NCBI RefSeq assembly: GCF_964204865.1
Contig: NC_135261.1
Coordinates: 10,788,001 to 10,852,000 of the forward strand
DNA: 64,000 nt
DNA from: Styela clava
Lineage: Eukaryota
Direction: 5' to 3'
Part shown: one piece after another, positions 54,424-64,000 of the stretch
Layout: every line of letters starts with the position of its first letter
Numbering within the stretch: the first letter of the stretch is position 1
Notes under the pieces: generated by a model
Told to the model about the DNA's origin: nothing
Seen by the model: the letters and a program-made list of their open reading frames with translations, nothing else
The model's database searches: none
Position numbers and translations under genes: made by a program

Positions 54424-54906
54424 ACTAGAATTCGGTTGGAAACCGAAGACTTATCGATCGGAGGTTAGGGGATCCCCCAAAACAGTGATCTTACTCCATA
54501 GTGACACAGTGTGTCCCATCACTAATTAATTAATAACTCGCTAATTATACGACATAATCCATCCACAATCGATAGGCTCCTGTTCCGAACTATGATGAAT
54601 GCACATGCAAAATTTGGAGCAGATTCAACCTCGCTTTCATGAGATATTGCGTGTATCTAACAGACAAACAAACAACAAACAAACAAACAAACGAGAATAT
54701 CGGTCGGAGACCGAAGACTTATCGATCTTAGATCGGTAATTAGTTAATAACTCGCTAATTATACGACATAATTAACCCAAACATACAGACAGACAAACAG
54801 ACAAATACCTATCAACATACTTACCGATCTTAAGATCAATAAGTAACAAACAAACAAACAAACAAACAAACAATCAGACAAATACCTATTAACATACTTA
54901 CCGATC
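54424..54906 (+). mobile_element. Helentron/HINE-like repeat, copy 3, with a nested partial copy and duplicated 3' end
   Basis: Matches 19954-20250. A second 5' start lies at ~54693 and the tail gacaaatacctat..acatacttaccgatc occurs twice. Confidence 0.75.
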
Positions 54907-55294
54907 TTTTATTTATATAATACTCAAGTATGCATGGAAAACTGTTGTAATCATAGTAAACATGGGCAAGAATTAATTTTCCCATACAGTTTTTTAAATT
55001 TTATCCAATGCGACGTCCCATGAAACGTAACAATATTGATAGTTTAATAATATGATCATGTATCATCAGGTTTATGAGGAAAGTGTATAATGAATCCATA
55101 AAACGTGAGCGACGTCGGATGTTATGTAAAATCTTGTGTAACGTAGGATAGCAGTTTGAACAATAGATTGAAGAGTTTCTAGAACATCCTGCCATTGTTG
55201 AAGATACGCGTGAAAAGGATTTCGTGCGGTGTGCAAAATGGATAAAATTTAACTACATATTGGTAAGACATTGCGACATTGGTACACCTAATTT

Positions 55295-55765
55295 AATTTA
55301 AAGTTTTTTTTACGAAACTACAACATGTATCAAATATGTATGAGGCTAGATATTGTAACAATCAACTCAATGAGAGGTAAGCTCAAAAACATACGTTCAC
55401 TCACGCAATGAACTCTTATGCCTGATGTATCTTTGGCGGCAGTAAACTATCTACCGGTATATACTTTATTATTGCAAGTTTCCCATGCTTATTTTATGGT
55501 GAGGTTACGTGCACATTCATAATTTATAATCTACCTGCGACCGCACAAAGTTCAATTGTGTTCAATTCAAGATATGACCTATAGATTGATGTAGTGAAGT
55601 ATCAAAATTGATTATTCATGATTCCCAGTTATATATGTTTTGTTTCCACCAGATGAACTGTCTCTTATGTATTTCAAGATCTGGTCATCGGCACTGCATT
55701 AGGATCATGAGGAAAATATGCATTGTATGCTTGGCGATGCACAGAATTGGACAATCTTTCACTGG
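55295..55765 (+). pseudogene. Decayed remnant (exons 2-3) of a J8-type JmjC gene
   Basis: tttaaagttttttttacgaaactacaac...aatgagag|gtaag (ends 55376) matches J8 exon 2. ccaccag|atgaactgtctcttatg...gca ctg cat tag gat cat gag gaa aat atg cat tgt matches exon 3, with a stop and an internal deletion. Confidence 0.8.
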
Positions 55766-56987
55766 CGACGTGTGTCTACTATCTGTTGCTATAATATATA
55801 TATATATATATAGAACAATGGTTAAAAAAAATTCAATAAATAAGGTATGTCGGTCGACCTGGTATAAAATGCGAGACATGATTTACGAAATGAAATAATA
55901 CACATTATTACATGAGCCCACCATAACGCCGCCTTACCAATCTTCCATGGCGTAGGTGAGAAATTTAAAATAAAACAATCGGTAATTAATTCGAAAGCAA
56001 TTTTAGTTTGCAATTTCAAATTAAATACCCTGTGATTTGAATTCCCATGGACAAGCCAGGCAAATCCGTCATATAAAATAAAGACCCGAAGTTATGTGTG
56101 AGAAGCAGTATTGCTTCCGTATGTGGCAGCGTTACATCCGTTCCTATATAATTGGCGTAACTTTATACCTTGCGTATGTTTGTACAATGTGAGTAATTAT
56201 TATTTATTGCCAGAATTATAATCACGCCCGAATTGGAGTGCTTGATGTCCAATTATACAGTTGTGCCATTATTTTTAATGCTGGCCTTTTATGCTGCTAT
56301 ATTTCTATAATCCTCTCTCCCAAAATTCGTGCAATCACCAAAATATTCTTGCATAATCAGACACATGCAGTCAAACAGAGAAAAAAAATGATAACGCAAA
56401 GCGTATAGACACGATTATGTCCACTCATTATTTTTTATTGTGATAAATAATAAAGATGTTCAAAAATATACGGGAAATATAATTTATGCTTCCTTCCATG
56501 CCAAAGTTGGCTGAGGGATAATTGACATATTACTCAATGTGAACTTCTCTGCACCATATGGTTAAAGATTAGGCGTCATCATATCAATTAGTGAACAATG
56601 TGGTCAACGCATCCAAAGGAGCACGTGTCCAACGGACGGAGCTTTGTCGCAACGAAGTTGCATCAAATCGTATATACCAAAAAGGGTTTGATATCGGAAA
56701 GTAAAAAAGTCTTCAACGACGCAGAAAGCTTTTTACATTACTTACTTCAGAATTAAACGAATAGATCAGTCTCAGGGTTATATTAATTAGTATCGACAAA
56801 ATGTTATATCATGGGTTCAGAATATCAAAAAGCAGACGACGTATCTGAAACCTTCAGGTTTTCGGAGGAAATTTAGATTCCACTGACGCTCGTAAATTGA
56901 AGCCGTAAAGGTAAAATAAAAATTCATTTCTACTAAGATATAATCCAACTCTGTTTAAAATCACAGATTATAAAATTAACAATTGCA

Positions 56988-59900
56988 ATGAAGATCGAAT
57001 TTTCATTTTTGCCATTTCTTGCTTCAGTATTTTATGTAGCCAAGTGTGATGACCCTCCAGGACATCTACAACCTCTCGGCTCCCATATGCCTCCGATTAA
57101 AATAGATGTGATCGATACTCCACCCAATCCACAAGAATTTCTTCATAAATATATTAAAGGTAATAAACCGGTCGTCATCAAAGGTGCTGCAAAAGTTTTT
57201 AGCAATTTCAATACTTGGAAAGATGATGATTACTTGAGGTAAGTTGTTTATTTTACTAAGAGAAAATGCTAGCGTCATAATATTATTGACCTACCTTAAT
57301 AATTATGGATTTGCAATAGCACATACTAAAACATAGATAATACACATAATACTGAATTCTGTAATCTGTTTTTTGTTTGCCAAGCTTGCTTACCGAAAAG
57401 CAACCAGAAACAGATTTTGGGGAGTGATTGTGGATACTGTTTAATTCACGATACAATTGGCTAACATAAGGCATAACAGGGCTTATTACTTGATTTTATT
57501 ATTACAGTGGTGTAGAAAAAAACGCAAATATCCAGTCATATGAATATTATATGACAAATAGAATTAGTTCATTTCAACTATCTAACTTAATTTGTTTTAA
57601 CAATTTCCACACCACAGTGCAAATTACGGTAAATGGAACGTTCCTACAGAAGTCGGAAAAATTGAGATTCAATTTCCAGATATTATACCAATAGAGTTTG
57701 CACATTTCCTCAAGAGCTATAAAAAGCGGGATCTCTGCATAATTCGGGACATTGTTCCCGAGAACCCAATGAGAGGTAAAGATTTTATCAAGGTCTACAA
57801 CAAATTTTGTACTGATATATAGGGAAAATGTTTCGTGAGAACAAGCAGCTGGGCACATACGAACATGTGCGATATATTCAATTAAAATACTCTTACTCTT
57901 CTCAGACGAACTATCTTTTATAAAATCTATGTCGTGTGGTGGATTCCAAGAACGGATTTCGAAGGTTATACTCCTATTTTCATCCGGTTCTGCTCAATCG
58001 GCAATACATTGGGATATGCATGAAAATATGCATTGTTTGCTTGATGGTACGAAGAATTGGACAATCATTCACAGGGTAAATAATATTGTTCCTTTCATAA
58101 TAGGCGAAACAAATATTATAAATTTTAAGTTTATTGAATTTGCCACTAAAAACATTTGTACATTGTTTAATCACGGGTGTATTCGTGAAAGCAAAGTAGT
58201 GACAAGATATTTATGCCAACAGCACGCATTTGTCTAGATTTTGATAGATTCTTTTTGTAAGGAACACATTATGAAATCAATTTTCAAAAAATTGAAATCA
58301 ATTTTCAAAAAATTGATTTTGTTTATATCTATTATTAAATTGAAAACACATTTACAGGTCATTACTTGCTTTCAACCTAGTACGAATCACTTTAAATACT
58401 TTACAATTACGATATTTTTGGTGACGTTTTCGATATTTATTCGCTGTTTGACTACTACTTAAAATCTTTTCAATAGATTAATTATTGATATAAAGTCTCA
58501 GAATTGTATTCTGTATAACGTCGAAATAAAAATCAAATATAGATTTCCTAGCGTCTCGACGTACCCTGCGGATTGTGATCGTTGGTGCGAGTCGCTTAGA
58601 GATTTAGTCAACGATACCTTTGACACTCAATCATTCATTACTCGAACGGTTTCAGTGTCTATACAGTCTAATTTCCTGGCGATTTGAAAGTGTCAAACTA
58701 TCTTATATACTAATACTAAGTTAGTAGAAACTAGATTGTTGTGTCTATGTGTATATATAGAATATTGCTTTTTTCGAAAGCATTATTTCAAAACGAATTA
58801 GTATAATATTTACCAATTATATATCATATACAGCATACACCAATGATTATTTGGCGCAAATTATTGTGTTCACATTCGAATAAGTGTGTCAAATTTATTA
58901 CAACAGAAAGATCGACATATACTCCCGAAGGCGGATTATTCGCCCGTATATTCTGCAGTTGATCCAAAGAGTGTTGACATGTACAAATATCCCGTAATGC
59001 AAGATATGCCTTGTTATCAAGCTTTCTTACAAGCCGGAGATTGTTTGTTCGTTCCAAATAAGTAAGAAATTTTTTTCATATATTAATTTTGACGAAATAT
59101 CTATACTGTGCGCATATAACTAAATATATATATCTTTTCAATTAGCGCACCGCACTATGTGAAATCAGGAGATTCGAGGAATATGGCTTTTTCTATCTGG
59201 TTCGATGCCCCGAGGTCTCTCAATCTAACAGACTGTCCAGAAAATGAAGCAGACTTGCCTGACTCGGCGCCAATTGGCCATAGCGTGATATCAGATTTGG
59301 AAAGTGTGAAGTATGTCGTAATACTAGGTTTCCATAAAACATTATTATTATTAAGATGCACTGTAGTAATTTACAATATTAATTTCACAATACAATTTTG
59401 TGTAACCTCATTAACTGTCTGGCAAAAATCATGGTTTATCTCAGTTGGGATCAATATAAGACAAAATCTTTTTAAAATAAACTTAAAGTTTTGGAAGATC
59501 TTGAAAAAATTTCTAATGCAATATCATGGAAGATAATAAAAATCGCCGACCCTTTTTTTCTCAAATTCGATAAATTTGGCTGTGAAGTAAAATCATTCTT
59601 CGCCCCGGATTTGAAACAAAAAAAAAAATTTTCAATTTATAGACGATAATCAACAACGTTATAAAGTATAATAATGAACAACTTTATTTTCTCTTTACTT
59701 GAAGCAAATCTGACAAAATACTTACTCCCCTAGACGCAAAGAATAAACAAGTAGAAATAATATCTGAACACATATGATCAAAAAAGGGGATGGAAATAGA
59801 AATTTATCAACAGTTATTTGATTTTCTCAGTCAATTATATTTATTTACAATCGCTAATTTTTGATTAGTTACTTTGTAACCAGAAAAAGGTACTTAACTT

Positions 59901-60567
59901 TTAGAAACTCAAATGAGGTTGATTTCATGACATAAGCATAAGCACATTATATCCCATGATAAAAACGAAAAGTGAAATATTTGATCATTTTGGTTTGTTG
60001 TAATTCAGGGCATTTATATATACAATGATAGATGATAGAAGTGATAAACTGTCCGTCATCACGTTTGACGAAATGGTTCGCTCATTTGGTGCAGACGAAG
60101 AGACTCCGTCGGAACTTCGTGACGCACTCGACACGGATAGAGACGGTGAGTTGAGCTTTAAATACAAGTGATATTTTATTTCGGAGCATTGACCAATATT
60201 TATTTATTTAAAAATAATATTGTATTGTAATTATCACAGTGTTTCATGTTATATTTTTATGAAACATAAAAATGAACATCGCAGAAATAGCAAACTCCGA
60301 ATGCGTTTAATTAACAAAACTGGCGTTAATGATTCCTTATTAGGGCAACAGCGTCAGAGTCATTTTTTCTTCGTCTTGAAACTTTTAGACAGCCTATGTT
60401 CATGAATTTACATGTCTTTATATTCGGCAGGTTTTATTACCGCAGAAGAGATCGAAGCTTTAACGGATGTCACAGATGAGATGTGGTCGGGATTTTTATT
60501 TGACACAGATGAATACGAAGAGGTAGAAGACTTGGGCAAAAGTAAACAAGAAAAAGAGGAATTATAG
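56988..60567 (+). CDS. J7: JmjC-EF-hand-KEEL paralogue, intact, 390 aa
   Basis: Exons 56988-57238, 57618-57775, 57906-58075, 58907-59061, 59146-59310, 60009-60145 and 60431-60567. IHWDMHEN, APHYV, DTDRDGFITAEE; ends KQEKEEL*. Confidence 0.9.
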
Positions 60568-62290
60568 AACTAAAACATTCAAAAAACTTGAAATAAGATT
60601 TTGTGAAAATTACCACCAATGTGAATTTATTTGCGAAGATATTATAGTGCAAACATTTATTTCAATCAATTGTAAATAATATTATGAAGGTATGCGGTGC
60701 AAATTTTGGAATAAAGAACTGAATCGAAAAATTTTGAAAGAAGCGATGAACGAATGTCTCCAAATATGTGTAGATGTGTGCCCGTAGCAGTAATCCTGCC
60801 ACATATGTAAACCAGAACCACAAGTGTGTGCCAATTAGATACACACTATCATTAATTTTCATCATTATATTTAATATTGTCATCAAAAAGCAACGTCTCA
60901 TTTCACGCACTTCAGTAGATTTCAGAAATATCATTATTGGATAGGGTAATGGAAATGCAACCTAACAATTCTGTTAGAATGCCTTTAGACAGTTGAATGC
61001 TTAAGAGGTTTGCGTATAGCTGGTTTTTGTAGGAAGCTTACCCGGCCTAAATTGCTACAAATCTTCAAAAAGGGGTAGGAAAAATTTTCATATTTAGTCA
61101 ACGGTGCAATAAGGGGGTGCGGAACTGTACATACATTGTGGCGTCCGCACAACACCTGATAGTATTTTATTCGTAATCCAACGTAGTAATGTTACAGGCG
61201 AAAATTTGTTTTTACAATATGATTGAAATAGGTGTTTAGGGGACTTATACTAATATCGAGCAAAATTATTTTTTTGCATATATATCAACTTCAGCTGAGC
61301 TCAAAATTTCTACAATATTGAGATTTTATGTTCCTGCAATTCGGCAATATTTTCGTTGTTATTTCAAAGACTCATGCTGTCCAATGTTTGTAATAACTTT
61401 GCTTTACGAGTGAATTACTTCGCGACTAAATTGAAATTTTCCAATCAGATAGTACATCTTGCTGAATGATTGAAATTGTCAAATCGTCATGTAATATTAT
61501 GCTCCAAATTTGTGGAATACACATTGTTCAAGTATACGTGGCATGCGAACATGCATCACAAAATGTTTATATAATTTTTTAATACTTTTTTTTAATATAC
61601 TCAAGCATATATGGAAAATTTATGTAATCACAGTATACATTGGCAACAATTTTTCCGAACAGTTTTCGTAAACACGATTTTCCTAAATTTTACACAATGC
61701 GTCGTCTTATGAAACGTATCAAATCAATTCTGATGGTTTAAAATTGCTATGGTAGCCTACACCATCAGGTTAATAAAGAAAATATGTGATGAATCCATGA
61801 AACCCGAGAAATGCCGGATGTTATGTAAAATCTTGCGTAACGCAGGAAGGCAGTTTGAACAATAGATCGAGTGATTTCTAGGAAATCCTGTCATCGTTGA
61901 AGAAAAATATGGGAAGCAGTTCGTGATGGGTGCAAGATGGGCAAAATTTAATGTTCAATATAATATAACTTTTCAATAAGTATCATGTCGCTGTGCCTCA
62001 GTATTTCTCAACATTTAGATGATAATATAGCTATGTTATATATATAAGGTCAGAAAATGTTAGATTCAAGTGTTGAGATTATAAAGAACGATCAATCAAC
62101 TTATTTATTCGGAAGTACTCTCACTCCAGACTATCAGTTAAATGAATCTTCATCTTCTGCAAAAAATTAGCAACTTAGGTAAAAGAGATAAAATTAAAAG
62201 TACAAGATAAATACAAACACTTATTTTAAATTCAGGTGTGGTCTATTCATAGTAAAACCTTAAAAAACCAAACAATCGTACCGTATCACA

Positions 62291-63575
62291 ATGAACATAG
62301 AATTTATTACATTGGTATGGTTTGTTTCTGTGTTGTGCATTGCAGAATGTGATGACCCTAAAGGACATCTTCAACCTCTCGGGTCTCACATGCCACCAAT
62401 TAAAATAGATGTCCTAGATACTCCTCCAACACCTCAAGAATTTTTCGAGAAGTATATCAAGGTTAATAAACCAGTCGTCATCAAAGGAGCAGCTAAAGTA
62501 TTTAGCAATTTCAAGACGTGGCAAGATGACGAATATCTCAAGTAAGATTTAAGAAGTTTCACTCAACCAGCAATTAATCCAAAACTAAGCCCACTTTCTC
62601 ATTTGAGCATACCTTTATGTGACTGTAATTAGCTCGCCGTAGGCGGCGAGAATAGTTTTCAGTTAATCTCATACTACCGATAAGATACAAATAAATTTTA
62701 CCATAAACATACAAGTCCGATAAGGTGTAATTTTAGTCATGTTAGAAGGTTGGTTATAAAGCACCAGTTATATAAGACAAATAATGCGTATTGTTTTTTG
62801 AAAATTATATATATATACTAACATTACAGAAAAGTTTTCAATCCTACTATACATTTGTATATTGCAGAAAGAAATACGGTAAATGGCTTGCTCCAGTAGA
62901 AGTTGGAAAATACGAAAAAAAAATTGTACTAATTCCATTTAAAGTATTTTTACGAAACTACAACAAGCATCCAATATGTATATCACGAGATATTGTACCG
63001 CTCAACCCAATGAGAGGTAAGACAAAAACTTAATTGCACTCGCACAATGAAATGTTGTGACTGATGCATGTTTCACCAATTTTTGACCCCAGAAAACTCT
63101 CTATATTATTTATAAAATGGCGCGTTTGCATGTACTCAACCATCATGTCAAGTCAAAATAAATAAGCACCCGCGAACATTCATTTACATGCACACTCATA
63201 ATTTATAATCGACCTGCGTGAAAAAAGTGTCTAAGTTAGTAATTGCTGATTTGCTGTTTTTCCGAAATGAACAAGAACATCGCGTACCTGAAAACATCCA
63301 CAAGATTTGAGATCTCAAAATAAAACATATAGATTAAAAAAATTGAAGTAATAAAGTCTAATTTATTTTTATGATTCATACCTATATATATTCTGTTTCC
63401 ACCAGATGAACTGTCTCTTATGCAATCAATGTCATGTGGCGGATATCGAGAGCGGATAGTCAGAGTGATGTTTCTATTATCATCGGGATCATGCCAATCA
63501 GAATTGCGTTGGAATAATGAGGAAAATATGCATTGTATGCTTGACGGTACAAAGAATTGGACAATCATTCACAGG
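62291..63575 (+). CDS. J8: divergent paralogue, exons 1-3 only (continues past the window), iron ligands substituted
   Basis: Exons 62291-62541, 62868-63016 and 63406-63575 splice in frame. SELRWNNEENMHCMLDGTKNW replaces SALHWDMQEN. Confidence 0.85.
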
Positions 63576-64000
63576 GTAACGTGTGTGTACTATTTATCAC
63601 ACAAAGAAATATAAAGGACAATTGTTCCAATGAGTACGTTGTTCAAAAATAAACAAAATAATGTTTGACGACATGGTATCAAACGCGAGGAAACAATACC
63701 GGTATAAGGCGAAAGGGCGAGTCATGGCCAATTCTTTTTATATCGAACTAATTAAAATACAGTGAACAGCCTGGGGATAAAAATCTTATATATCCGTTAA
63801 ATAATTTTCAAAGCTTTAAACGATAAATAATATTATTTCGGTTTCATCTATCAAGAAAAATAGAGACATGATTTGCAAAGTCAAATTATACACATTATTA
63901 CATCAGCCTACTCCAACACCGCATTACCGATTCCATGACGTAGTTGAGAAATTTAAATAAAACGCATTTAAATCACATAACAAATGGTTATCGTTCATTG

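Noticed and set aside
19552-60652. Recurrent minus-strand ORFs (e.g. 24103-24339, 30181-30417, 43380-43649, 58824-59057)
   Set aside because: Antisense shadows of the JmjC exons, repeated only because the exons are duplicated.
19613-63575. Assigning a gene symbol such as JMJD5, JMJD7, JMJD8 or TYW5
   Set aside because: Motifs place the proteins in the JmjC-only hydroxylase group, but the signal peptide/EF-hand/KDEL architecture matches none of these; orthology needs a phylogeny.

Overview
AT-rich, intron-containing eukaryotic (animal) DNA. It is probably from a marine invertebrate; an ascidian is a guess from repeat style and is not verified. From ~19.6 kb to the end, the window is a + strand tandem array of a 7-exon gene, about 391 aa when spliced by hand. 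It encodes a signal peptide, a JmjC/cupin-8 2-oxoglutarate/Fe(II) oxygenase domain (HxD...H), an EF-hand loop (DKDKDGFITEEE) and a C-terminal KDEL/KEEL ER-retrieval signal. There are eight copies (J1-J8) plus one decayed remnant. J1, J2, J6 and J7 are intact. J3 and J4 are frameshifted. J5 loses KEEL through a 3' frameshift. J8 runs off the window and has lost two iron ligands (HWD->RWN). The array records unequal crossover (hybrid genes), an older promoter swap and a template-switch deletion. Upstream are a complete but pol-less BEL/Pao LTR element (11045-14733) with a higher-order repeat in gag, several MITEs, hAT and Helentron-like elements, and poorly resolved exon candidates. All gene models and comparisons were made by eye; no database searches were run.
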